Assembly (NCBI GenBank): GCA_963694355.1
Contig: CAVOEZ010000001.1
Span: 1 to 28,894 of the forward strand
Reading direction: 5' to 3'
From: Latescibacteria bacterium UBA2968
Lineage (GTDB): Bacteria; Latescibacterota; UBA2968; GCA-2709665
DNA length: 28,894 nt
A program made the position numbers and the translations under genes. The notes beneath the pieces are model-generated. The model saw only the letters and a program-made list of their open reading frames with translations. It made no database searches and was not told where the DNA came from. Below, piece after piece: positions 8,715 through 17,844 of the stretch (the first letter of the stretch is position 1; every line of letters begins with the position of its first letter).

Positions 8715-8967
8715 ATAATTAATACGTTCGTGGATAGGCAAATCGAGACGGTATCCGCGATATCACCAGACGTGCAATACGTAAGTTTCAATATATTGAT
8801 TTAGCGACGAGCCCGACGACTTGAAGATCCCCGCAGGCAATCGACTTCGTAAACTTGCACGGGATCTGAAGGGGGCAGTTTTCGATCTCGGTCAATGATC
8901 AGTGGCGTATCCGCCTCTGTCTCATTGATGGCGATCCTTTGGTATCGAATTCACAGATAATCATTGA
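8715..8967 (+). pseudogene. higB: HigB (plasmid-maintenance killer) toxin pseudogene
   Basis: Segments in shifting frames: (I)INTFVDRQIETV / RDITRRAIRKFQYIDLA / DDLKIPAGNRLRKL..DLKG / QFSISVNDQWRI..IDGD / IEFTDNH*; four frame changes; directly upstream of higA. Confidence 0.85.
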
Positions 8968-8980
8968 GCGGAGGAGGGCA

Positions 8981-9307
8981 ATGAGTATTCCAAATACAAG
9001 GGAAAGGACGATTTGTCCGACGCATCCGGGCAAAATGCTTCGGGAAGAGTTTCTACCAGACTATGGGCTTACGGTAAAGCGCCTTGCAGAAGCACTGGGC
9101 GTGTCGCGCCAAACAGTCAACGAGTTGCTCAGGGAGCGTCGGGCTGTGAGCCCCGAAATGGCACTCCGGCTCTCGTGCTTGTTTGGCAACACACCGGAGT
9201 TCTGGCTCAATGCACAGCGCGCAGTCGATCTCTGGAAGGCTTCACGCACGCTCAAAACAACAATGGTACGAATTCAGCCGTTAGAGCCCGTCAAACAAAT
9301 GCAATAA
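8981..9307 (+). CDS. higA: HigA family addiction-module antitoxin
   Basis: PTHPGKMLREEFL..GLTVKRLAEALGVSRQTVNELLRERRAVSPEMALRL..FGNTPEFWLNAQ; RBS GGAGGAGG. Confidence 0.93.
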   Translation: MSIPNTRERTICPTHPGKMLREEFLPDYGLTVKRLAEALGVSRQTVNELLRERRAVSPEMALRLSCLFGNTPEFWLNAQRAVDLWKASRTLKTTMVRIQPLEPVKQMQ

Positions 9308-9314
9308 CACGGGC

Positions 9315-9441
9315 CTGGAGGACGCCTTCCCGGGAACAAACGGGTTTTCCCGTACCGAACATCTGGCGCGTGAGGCAGTTCTATCTCGTCCACAATAAAT
9401 CTGAATATCTCGCGCAGGTTGCGCGAGATATCGGAACTCAA
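9315..9441 (+). pseudogene. Internal fragment of DUF1016/YhcG-type N-terminal domain
   Basis: LEDAFPGTNGFS then +1 shift to NIWRVRQFYLVH...LAQVARDI, matching the recalled FPG.KGFS..NLW.MRQFY pattern; no start or 3' part. Confidence 0.65.
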
Positions 9442-9491
9442 TCTGACATTCCAACCTGTCCATCCTCTTGATTTAGGAATACATCACCCAA

Positions 9492-9749
9492 ATGATTCAT
9501 CCCTACGACAACTCCACGCAGACACGCTGGGACCACGGCGAGTTCAAAGTTCAACTCAATCAACCCAACAATCCTCGTCCCATCGGGTTCTGCGATGGAA
9601 GCCCCGAGGACGTCGCAGAACTCCTCTCAATCGCCGAAGCGGAGGGCGTTGACGATGTAAAGATCAACAAGAAAATCCTCAAGTCAGGGCGTGAGCTATG
9701 GACCTTGGGTGGCCAAGAAACTCCTGACGATCAGAATTCATTAGAATAA
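9492..9749 (+). CDS. Small hypothetical protein (85 aa)
   Basis: Protein-like composition (HPYDN.TQTRWD.GEFKVQL...PRPIGFCDG); AGGA upstream; no function assignable. Confidence 0.65.
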   Translation: MIHPYDNSTQTRWDHGEFKVQLNQPNNPRPIGFCDGSPEDVAELLSIAEAEGVDDVKINKKILKSGRELWTLGGQETPDDQNSLE

Positions 9750-9812
9750 GAGGTCGCAGATTCAACTATGAGGTGCAATAAAGTGAACTTGGGTTGAGTT
9801 TGTCCAGGTTTC

Positions 9813-10019
9813 GTGGTCTTTGTGCGCTGCGGGTTATCCACTTGGCTCGCCGAAAGAAATGGAATGACAGATGCGATCCTCTGTGTTGCTTCTCGTGCTA
9901 CTGAACCCTTGAACCAGAAGTATCTCGAGATCGCCGGACGCATCACTGCCCTGTTCGTCGGGACCGTGTCCGTTGAGATGATCGTGCAAGGAACAAGATC
10001 TTGGGCAAACAAGTTCTGA
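9813..10019 (+). pseudogene. C-terminal remnant of a MarC-family membrane protein
   Basis: EPLNQKYLEIAGRITALFVGTVSVEMIVQG resembles the last MarC transmembrane helix; upstream part missing or degraded. Confidence 0.5.
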
Positions 10020-10121
10020 GATAATCACCAAACCAGGCATTGCACGTAATTGCTTGCTACAAGCGCAAAACGTGAGTGCAGACGTCGAGCCAATTATCAT
10101 CAATCTGAAATAGGAGTAGGC

Positions 10122-10925
10122 ATGTTAAAACGACACAGAATACAGTTTCCAAAACTCGAATCTACCAATCTTGATCAGGACGAATCCTATTTCTATCTCG
10201 AGGGATCAGGTGGGCACCGTAAAATCAGATTTCATGACTACGATGAGATTTACCAGATACCAGGCCTGTATGAACAGATATTTTATGATCGCCTAAAGTG
10301 CACATCCCCTGTCAAAGTAGCAACCATTCTTGAGTCTGCTGTTAGGCAATCTGGCGATAAATTTACGGAATTACGAGTGCTGGATTTGGGGGCGGGAAAC
10401 GGCATGATGGGCGAAGAACTAAAAAAACACGGTATATCTCGCTTGATTGGCGTGGATATTATACCAGAAGCATACGAAGCTACCATTCGTGATAGACCGG
10501 GTTTGTATGATGAGTATTATGTCGAAGACTTTTCCAACCTGGATAAAGACAGGAAAGATGATATCGCATCATGGCAGTGTGATTGCATGGTAACTGTCGC
10601 TGCCCTGGGATTTGGAGATATCCCAGCCAGGGCATTTATCGAGGCATATAACATCATCAAGCCAGAGGGGTGGGTGGCATTCAATATTAAACAATCCTTC
10701 TTTGATATCAGTGATGAATCCGGGTTCTCAAAAATGATTCGGGAATTGGCTTTCTCGAAATTTCTGGATGTTTATCACATAGAGCTGTATAGACACAGGC
10801 TGTCCATTGATGGAGAACCACTTTATTACTTTGCCATCGTAGCCCGAAAAAAAGCAGATGTTCCAGATGAGTTCTTAATATCGAAAGGTATTATGACCTC
10901 ACCAGACACTCCAGCCGACCGCTAG
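10122..10925 (+). CDS. Class I SAM-dependent methyltransferase
   Basis: VLDLGAGNG motif I, LIGVDI motif II; RBS AGGAG before ATG 10122; lower GC than flanks. Confidence 0.88.
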   Translation: MLKRHRIQFPKLESTNLDQDESYFYLEGSGGHRKIRFHDYDEIYQIPGLYEQIFYDRLKCTSPVKVATILESAVRQSGDKFTELRVLDLGAGNGMMGEELKKHGISRLIGVDIIPEAYEATIRDRPGLYDEYYVEDFSNLDKDRKDDIASWQCDCMVTVAALGFGDIPARAFIEAYNIIKPEGWVAFNIKQSFFDISDESGFSKMIRELAFSKFLDVYHIELYRHRLSIDGEPLYYFAIVARKKADVPDEFLISKGIMTSPDTPADR

Positions 10926-11058
10926 CATGTAGGCTGGCTTTTAGTGAAAATCTTGGATACTATGCCGGACATTTATTGCATGAAAGCAAAACATAAATTT
11001 AGGTCCGGAGCTCCTTGTGGGACCTGGGTTTGGAGGGCATACTTCGGAAACTTGAAGG

Positions 11059-12441
11059 ATGCCCTTTTTACCTGGGACGAGATATGAAAGCGTCCCGCTG
11101 GACAACATGAGGCGTGCTATGGCAGATGAAAAAGGTCACAAACCTGTGAATCCCACCCGGGCCTATATTGCAGACCGGATCTACGACGGCGACCGAATCC
11201 TCCACGACCATGCAGTGCTTGTCAAGGACGACACCATCTCCGGTGTCGTGTCCCTTGCAAAACTCCCGAGCGACCTCCCGATACACCGGCATCCAGGTTG
11301 CACGCTCATCCCTGGCCTGATCGACACCCACATCCATTTTATGCACTGGCAAGGGTCGGTCTTCCTTGCCTATGGAGTGACCACTGTCCGGGATACCGGC
11401 AACGACCTCCGGTGGATTCTTCAGTGCCGCGAAGAATGGCCGTCCCAGAACTGGCCGCGCATCCTTTGTATGGGCCCGCTTCTCGACGGCAATCCGCCCG
11501 GACACCTCCTGGTCGCTCGCGCAATCACCGATACAGAATCTGCCGTCACAGCCGTCCGCGACACCGCCGCTGCCGGCGTAGATGGAATCAAGCTCTACGC
11601 CAGCATCTCCGCGGAATGGATCGCGCCAATGGTCCAGGCAAGCCACTCTGCCAACTTGAAGGTCTCCATGCACTGCCTGCCGCACGGCGTCCTAGTCGCT
11701 GGCCGCGCAGGTGTCGATGAATTCTTTCACCTCGACGGCATCCTCGCCGACGTCTGGCCGGACCATCCCCCTGGCTGGCTCTCCATCTGGGGCCACCCGG
11801 AATTCACCCACACCTGGGATCGGCAGCAGCAGGTCGCCGATGCAATCGCCGAGTTGGGCATGGTGTCAACGCCGACGCTGGCCTACTGGGACAGTCAGTG
11901 GCGGATGCGTCAGGAAGTGGGACCCTACCCGGAAGAGCGTCGATACATGCCCGCGGATTTATTCAGATGGTCTTCCGCTGAGCCCAATGCGGCACTCGGA
12001 GTCACCTGGGCCCGAGCAATGGACGCGGCACAGCGCTTTCAGGGGCTGCTGCTCGAACGGAATGTACCGGTACTTGCTGGCAGCGACACGCCCTGTGGAG
12101 GCATCCTCCCAGGCCAGAGCCTCTGGCGAGAACTCTCGCTGTTGGTTGAAGCTGGGCTGGCACCTGTCGACGCGCTGCGTGCCGCCACTTCAGCAGCGGC
12201 CGATTTCCTCGAGCGACCCGAGTTGGGCCATTTGAAAAAAGGGAGCGCAGCCGACATTGCCATCGTCCGCGGTGACCTGACGCGGGGCATTCCCGATCGG
12301 CCCGACATCGAATGTGTCGTGCGCAACGGTGTTGAACACCACCCTCCTGAACTGCTGCAAACCCCGGACGACACCGCATGGCGAGAGGATCCCTGGGGCC
12401 AACAGTTCGCCCTGCACTGGAAAAAACGCACACAATCCTGA
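11059..12441 (+). CDS. Amidohydrolase-superfamily metallohydrolase
   Basis: LIPGLIDTHIH, IKLY, SMHC, FFHLD, GSDTP metal ligands; ALRAATS..A..L C-terminus; true start may be ATG 11119. Confidence 0.88.
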   Translation: MPFLPGTRYESVPLDNMRRAMADEKGHKPVNPTRAYIADRIYDGDRILHDHAVLVKDDTISGVVSLAKLPSDLPIHRHPGCTLIPGLIDTHIHFMHWQGSVFLAYGVTTVRDTGNDLRWILQCREEWPSQNWPRILCMGPLLDGNPPGHLLVARAITDTESAVTAVRDTAAAGVDGIKLYASISAEWIAPMVQASHSANLKVSMHCLPHGVLVAGRAGVDEFFHLDGILADVWPDHPPGWLSIWGHPEFTHTWDRQQQVADAIAELGMVSTPTLAYWDSQWRMRQEVGPYPEERRYMPADLFRWSSAEPNAALGVTWARAMDAAQRFQGLLLERNVPVLAGSDTPCGGILPGQSLWRELSLLVEAGLAPVDALRAATSAAADFLERPELGHLKKGSAADIAIVRGDLTRGIPDRPDIECVVRNGVEHHPPELLQTPDDTAWREDPWGQQFALHWKKRTQS

Positions 12442-12613
12442 TCGAAGCCAAATGAAGATGGAGGAGGGTGCGGCTTACTCGATGAAGAACCAACGTTCGC
12501 TTCAGGTCTTGCTGGGACCCGGAGGAATAGGAGAAGTCACGAGATCCGATAGGTCACTACAGACAAAACAAGCCCAACCAGATGTCAAACGAACATCCTG
12601 AGGGAGAAATACC

Positions 12614-14233
12614 ATGCAGCCGAATTCACCTGAACCCATTTTGCTCAACGACGAGCAGATGCGCGAGTACATCGCCAATGGGTACGTCATTCTCCGTCCC
12701 AGCGTTCCCAATGAAGTCCATCGGATGATCGATGAGAAATTCGACTTTATCGACAAAAACGAATTCAATCCCGGGAACAACATAATACCTCGGATTCCGG
12801 AACTGGATTTGATACTCGGGAGCCCGGAAGTTCGCGGTGGCCTCATCAGTGTTCTGGGTGAAAACTACCTCGTACATCCCCATCGCTACTGGCACATGCT
12901 GCCGCCAGGGGAGGACCCCCTCTCGAAAGAGGAGGTGACGGAGAAAGTCTTCAACAACTGTCACCAGGACCAGTATAGCCCGTCCAGCCAGCCGCGATCT
13001 CACCGCACCCGCTATGCGCGCATCATGTATTACTCCCACGATACACCTGTCGAAATAGGACCGACCCATGTCCTTCCAGGTACCCAGTATCACGACACAT
13101 TCACTGATGAAGATCGCGATCGCGTACGTCCGGTCCACGGGGATGCAGGGCTCGTCTTTCTGTCCCACTTCGACATCGGTCATTCGGCGGGGGTGAATTT
13201 GTTGAACCGTCGACGCAACATGATCAAATTCATCTTCATGCGAGCAGAGGAGCCTCAACATCCAAGTTGGGATACCGAGAATAGCGAGTGGTGCCCGCCC
13301 AAAGACCTCGCGGCGCCATACGACCTGGAGCCTGCGTGGCAGTCTATGTGGAACTGGCACCGCGGCAAGAAGTCCGTATCGGTATCGTCTCCTGAAAAGC
13401 CGAAGAAAATATCGCGCCATATCCAAACCCTGGCGGGTGAGGTCTCAGTCGAAGAAAAACTGAGTGCCCTTAAGGAGCTGGCTAAAGCCGGCCCTGATGA
13501 AGCGGAGGCGATTCCGGCGCTTATCGACATGCTGCAAAACGCGCACCAGGCGCTGCGTACTGCAGCGATATACACGCTTGTGGCCATCGCCGATCCAGCA
13601 GTGGAGGCTCTGTGCCAGGTGCTCGATAAGGCTGGCGAGCAAGTCAGCCGCGGCGAAAATCCGCCCGACCATGATTTCCGGTGGATCTGGTTGCACGATG
13701 CCGCTTATGCACTGGGAGCCATTGGTGCACCAGCAGTCGAACCTCTTACGAAACTCCTGGAATCTCCTTTCGAATGGACCCGCCTGAACGCGGCCTTCGC
13801 CCTGGGAGAAATGGGCTCAGATGCAGCAGCGGCCGTCCCGTCCCTCGAAGCAGCGTTGAAAGACCAGTCACATTACGTCATCCGAGTGGCCGCGAATTCA
13901 CTGGGTGCTATCGGGAACGGTGCCCCAGCAGAATCGCTAGGCCGACTTCTTGGCGCGGACTCCCCGGATTGGGACGAGGAAAAGAACTGGGGTTGGACCA
14001 TTCGCAACGCAGTGAATGTCACCGCCGCCATAGCTCTTGCCAGGCTGGGGCATCGAGCAGCAGATTCGGAGGACGCCCTCATCGAGTCGCTGCGGAATCC
14101 ATTCGATCAGGTAGGATTCCTGGCGGTTCAGGCACTCAACCGAATCGGGACGGATACAGCCAGGCAGGCAGTCATCGATGATCTGATATCCCACCGCTGG
14201 GATACATCGCTCAGCGCAAAGCGGTCTTTCTAG
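12614..14233 (+). CDS. PhyH-like Fe(II)/2-oxoglutarate dioxygenase domain fused to HEAT (PBS-lyase-like) repeats
   Basis: Y..NGYVIL, HQD (HxD), GPTHVLPGT, H..HSAGVN....R in the N-terminal ~220 aa; repeated A..AL..IG..AV..L..LL HEAT units C-terminally. Confidence 0.82.
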   Translation: MQPNSPEPILLNDEQMREYIANGYVILRPSVPNEVHRMIDEKFDFIDKNEFNPGNNIIPRIPELDLILGSPEVRGGLISVLGENYLVHPHRYWHMLPPGEDPLSKEEVTEKVFNNCHQDQYSPSSQPRSHRTRYARIMYYSHDTPVEIGPTHVLPGTQYHDTFTDEDRDRVRPVHGDAGLVFLSHFDIGHSAGVNLLNRRRNMIKFIFMRAEEPQHPSWDTENSEWCPPKDLAAPYDLEPAWQSMWNWHRGKKSVSVSSPEKPKKISRHIQTLAGEVSVEEKLSALKELAKAGPDEAEAIPALIDMLQNAHQALRTAAIYTLVAIADPAVEALCQVLDKAGEQVSRGENPPDHDFRWIWLHDAAYALGAIGAPAVEPLTKLLESPFEWTRLNAAFALGEMGSDAAAAVPSLEAALKDQSHYVIRVAANSLGAIGNGAPAESLGRLLGADSPDWDEEKNWGWTIRNAVNVTAAIALARLGHRAADSEDALIESLRNPFDQVGFLAVQALNRIGTDTARQAVIDDLISHRWDTSLSAKRSF

Positions 14234-14385
14234 ACTTAAGGAATTCACGTGGTTGAGAATCCGCATGCCCTACTCAGGCCTGGCTCCTCGTCGAGTGACG
14301 CCTTGGGCCTGTAGCTCGAAACCCGACTCGCAGCAAAGGCCGCTGGAATCGGTTGTGCTACCTGCCGCCGTACTTAAATTACACC

Positions 14386-14399
14386 TGCAAACCTTTGCA
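14386..14399. promoter_or_regulatory. Possible LacI-family-like operator
   Basis: TGCAAA-CC-TTTGCA inverted repeat, one base from a TGCAAACGTTTGCA palindrome, about 65 bp upstream of the 14465 CDS; no regulator in the window. Confidence 0.3.
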
Positions 14400-14464
14400 A
14401 CTGATGTATGACCAATGCTCAATCCGGAAGAGTCAACGGCGGACCCTGAAGGTCTGCGACAGCC

Positions 14465-16291
14465 ATGGAGATAACACACATGTCCGATGACAACAGCACA
14501 CACGACTTTGAAGTTTTGGGTGAACCCGTTCGGATGCGGGAACTGAGCTTCAGTTTCGTCACGCAGGACCCGGACGGCTACCACATCGCCTGGGCTGCGT
14601 ACCTGGAGACTGTTCTAAACAGCACGGCCCTGGTGGGTGTTCGTACAGACACGGGAGAGGTCCTGCACCTCGACCTGAGTGAATACGGCGAGGGAAAGAT
14701 CACCATCACGAAAGGGGCAGACGGAAACGTCTACGTCTATGCGGGAAACCCCGGAAGGTTCTTCCGGTATGACATCCAAACACGGAAACTCGAGAACCTG
14801 GGTATCGCCGCAGAGCCGGCCAACTACTATAGCGCAGGCGCTCAGGGACTGGACGGAAAGTTCTATGTGGGGTCCTATCCCAATGCAACCCTCGTCTGCT
14901 GCGACACGAACACTGGAGCAGTCGAAAATATTGGTCGAATAGCCGACGACGAGCTGCAGTTTTACATCTTCCCTTCGGTAGCCGTGAGCGACGACAATGT
15001 CGTCTATTGCCCCGTGGGCCTTCACCACAAAGAACTCTGGTCCTACACTCCGGAGACCGGGGACAGGAAGCAGATCCTGCCTGCGCCGCTCAACACGCTT
15101 CAGGGGACCTCGAACGTGTGGACAGCCGAGGACGGACAGGTCTACGGCAAGGCGGACGATCAAACCTTCCTGTGTCTGCCGGACAGCATCGTGATCGGTA
15201 AAACAGCGCCAGCCAGGACTCGGCCACCATTGCTGGCTGGGGACAAGCAGGTTGGGACGATCGACGACACGGGACACCTGACACTCACGGACCGTGGAAC
15301 GGACGAGGTCACCCGGATCAAGACAGACTACCGCGGGAAACGCGCGTGGGTCTACAGTGTTTCCTGCGAGCGTAAAGGAAACATCTACGGCTCCTGCGCG
15401 CTTCCGGGCAGGTCCTTCTACTATGATACCGATACCAAAGCGATGACGGATCTGGGCGTGCTCGGATCGGGCCACTGCCAGGTGTATGACACCATAGATT
15501 TGCCTGAGGGACTGTTTCTAAGCAGCTACATGGGAGCCTACGTGGACGTGCTGGATCCGGACCAACCCATCGAAGATGGTGTGAACCCCCGATGCCTGGG
15601 CCGGGTGGAAGGTCAGGAACGACCAATCCAGTGGTGCCTGGGACCGGACGGGATGCTCTACACGGGAACGGAACCAGCGAAGGGCCGACTCGGAGGAACG
15701 CTGATGCGTGTGAACCCCGGGGACGAATCCATGAAAGTGTGGCCAACGCCGATCGCCAACCAGAGCCTCGAATACGTTGCACCGGTGCCCGAGACAGGTG
15801 AACTCTTCTGCACCACATCGATCCGCGGAGGAAGCAGCGCCATTCCCACCGAAACATCAGCCTGCGTGTTCCTGTGGGACACGGCGAACGAGGAAATGGT
15901 ATTCCGCGCGGATCCGGTCCCGGGCACCCAGAATTACGGGCGCGCGGTGAGGGGACGCAACGGGCTGATCTATGGGCTGGCGGGAGAAACGTATTACGTT
16001 TTCGACCCCAAAGCGCGGTCAACCGTTTTCACGGGTGATTTGCCGGTCAAGAACCTGCGCTTTCCAACTCTGAACCGCGAGCCAGTAGGCCCCGGGGGCC
16101 TCATCGTGGGTCTTGGGGACGATGCCGTGTACTGCATCGACCCGGCGGACAACAGTGCCCGCATCCTGGCGCGTCACCCGAGCATCGGAAGTCCGGGTAA
16201 GCGCGGCGCACACGGATTCTTCGTGACCCCGGACGGCGTGCTCTACTTTGGTTCGGAAGCAACGCTCATGCGGTGCCAGCTCGCATTATGA
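14465..16291 (+). CDS. Large beta-propeller hypothetical protein
   Basis: Repeated G.DG..Y.G / ..YD..T...E.LG blades (GADGNVYVY, GLDGKFYVG, GPDGMLYTG, GRNGLIYG, TPDGVLYFG). Confidence 0.75.
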   Translation: MEITHMSDDNSTHDFEVLGEPVRMRELSFSFVTQDPDGYHIAWAAYLETVLNSTALVGVRTDTGEVLHLDLSEYGEGKITITKGADGNVYVYAGNPGRFFRYDIQTRKLENLGIAAEPANYYSAGAQGLDGKFYVGSYPNATLVCCDTNTGAVENIGRIADDELQFYIFPSVAVSDDNVVYCPVGLHHKELWSYTPETGDRKQILPAPLNTLQGTSNVWTAEDGQVYGKADDQTFLCLPDSIVIGKTAPARTRPPLLAGDKQVGTIDDTGHLTLTDRGTDEVTRIKTDYRGKRAWVYSVSCERKGNIYGSCALPGRSFYYDTDTKAMTDLGVLGSGHCQVYDTIDLPEGLFLSSYMGAYVDVLDPDQPIEDGVNPRCLGRVEGQERPIQWCLGPDGMLYTGTEPAKGRLGGTLMRVNPGDESMKVWPTPIANQSLEYVAPVPETGELFCTTSIRGGSSAIPTETSACVFLWDTANEEMVFRADPVPGTQNYGRAVRGRNGLIYGLAGETYYVFDPKARSTVFTGDLPVKNLRFPTLNREPVGPGGLIVGLGDDAVYCIDPADNSARILARHPSIGSPGKRGAHGFFVTPDGVLYFGSEATLMRCQLAL

Positions 16292-16460
16292 AAGTGAACG
16301 CATCCCGTGAGAATTGGCGGGACAATGCAGTGATCGAGTCTTTTTTCGACTTGTATTGAATCCAATAGCTTCCACCGTCTTCCAGGACCGAGCGAATGTG
16401 TTTGCCTGGAAATCGAATACTGACGCAACCAGTTGAAATCCGTTGGAAGCATCTCTCAAA
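16288..16460 (+). mobile_element. Degenerate IS3-family integrase-core remnant
   Basis: SRENWRDNAVIESFFDL resembles SRKGNCWDNA.AESFF..L; later IEY*RNQLKSVG loosely resembles IE.YN..R.HS.LG; no terminal repeats seen. Confidence 0.45.
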
Positions 16461-16570
16461 CCTCCGGTCATCTTCACGCAAAACCGGCCGAGTGGCGAAT
16501 GCAGCAGGCTCACTGGCGGTAAGCGCCTTCAACCCGATCTGGAATTACCAAAGTCAGAACGCAGGAGGAA

Positions 16571-17749
16571 ATGATGACACCGACAGGAAACAGTACAGGT
16601 AGCGCAGCGAACCGCGAACCCGATAAGGCCGATGCCGTACCAACCGTGATCCAGGGATTCGAAGAAACGGTCACAGATGAAGACGCATCAAAGAACTGGG
16701 AGCCCGTTTCCGATCGAAAGATTCGGGTGGGGATCGCAGGCTATGGTGTATGCGGGTTCGGAGCTGCGTTCCATTTTCAGGACCATCCGAATGTAACCGT
16801 TGGCGCGGTTGCGGATCTGGACCCGGACAAGTGTGCAGAACTGGCCAGGTTGTGCCGCTGCGAAAAGACGTACGCTTCGTGTGAAGACCTCCTCGAAGAC
16901 GATTCCCTGGAAGCGGTCTTCGTGGCCACCGATGCGCCGAGCCACGCACGGTTAGCCATTGCCGCGCTCGAAGCGGGCAAGCATGTAGCCTCTGCCGTAC
17001 CGGCCGTCTTTGGGTCACTGGAGGATGCGGAGAGGCTCTTCGATGCCTACAAAGCCGCAGACCGCCAGTATATGATGTTCGAAACATCCTACTTCCACGA
17101 AGATCTTTATTCCATGCGGGAGCTGTACCGAGCCGGGGATCTGGGCAAGGTGATTTACGCCGAAGGCGAGTACTGGCACTATTTCGGAACACCCCTGGGT
17201 GCACACGAGGGATGGCGCACGGGTCTGCCCCCGCAGTGGTATCCCACGCACTCCAACGCGTACTATATAGGTGTAACGGGCGGAAGTTTCACCGAAGTCT
17301 CCTGTATGGGGATGCGATCCACGATCGAGCACCTGAAGCCGGAAAACAATCGGTTTGGAAACCCATTCGGCACCGAAGTCGCGCTGTTCCGCACCAGCGA
17401 AGGCGGCATGGCTCGCATGGCGGTAAGTTGGGACACGCCGGGTGCGGGCGGAGAAAGAGGACGGATTCGTACTGAGAAGGGCACATTCTACGGCAAGTTC
17501 CAAAGTGTTAATAAGGACGATGTCCCGCCGACTATCTCACGTCCCCCACTTCCACCCGGAGTCGCAGCCGGTGGTCACGGCGGCTCACATGGCTATCTGA
17601 TGAACGAATTCGTCGAGGCGATACTCCTGGACCGCACCCCCCTGGTGGATATCGCACAATCGCTTAACATGACCGTCAGCGGGATCGTTGCGCACGAATC
17701 CGCTCTCAAAGACGGCGAACTGATGAAGATTCCTCAATACACTATGTAG
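16571..17749 (+). CDS. Gfo/Idh/MocA-family oxidoreductase
   Basis: KIRVGIAGYG Rossmann motif, VFVATDAP.H, GKHV, AEGEYWH; RBS AGGAGG. Confidence 0.9.
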   Translation: MMTPTGNSTGSAANREPDKADAVPTVIQGFEETVTDEDASKNWEPVSDRKIRVGIAGYGVCGFGAAFHFQDHPNVTVGAVADLDPDKCAELARLCRCEKTYASCEDLLEDDSLEAVFVATDAPSHARLAIAALEAGKHVASAVPAVFGSLEDAERLFDAYKAADRQYMMFETSYFHEDLYSMRELYRAGDLGKVIYAEGEYWHYFGTPLGAHEGWRTGLPPQWYPTHSNAYYIGVTGGSFTEVSCMGMRSTIEHLKPENNRFGNPFGTEVALFRTSEGGMARMAVSWDTPGAGGERGRIRTEKGTFYGKFQSVNKDDVPPTISRPPLPPGVAAGGHGGSHGYLMNEFVEAILLDRTPLVDIAQSLNMTVSGIVAHESALKDGELMKIPQYTM

Positions 17750-17844
17750 AACGACAAGAAGGAATGCACCGTACAGACGGGGGCACGAAGGTCGAGATGT
17801 GGCAGCATCATTCATCTATAGCAGGGATAGAAGGGATATCATAA

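Noticed and set aside
9731-10012. 93-aa minus-strand ORF
   Set aside because: The opposite strand matches a MarC C-terminus better; no recognisable features
6932-12578. Isolated RYYYAAC/GTTRRRY 7-mers (e.g. ACCTAAC near 6932, GCCCAAC at 12572; also GTTGGGC at 25367)
   Set aside because: Degenerate 7-mers are expected many times by chance and no paired arms were found
14270-14310. YSGLAPRR, resembling the IS110 transposase YxGLxP motif
   Set aside because: Too short, with no other IS110 motifs nearby
12626-16022. Long minus-strand ORFs (266, 286 and 234 aa) opposite the PhyH-HEAT and propeller genes
   Set aside because: Fully overlap better-supported genes; typical shadow ORFs in GC-rich DNA
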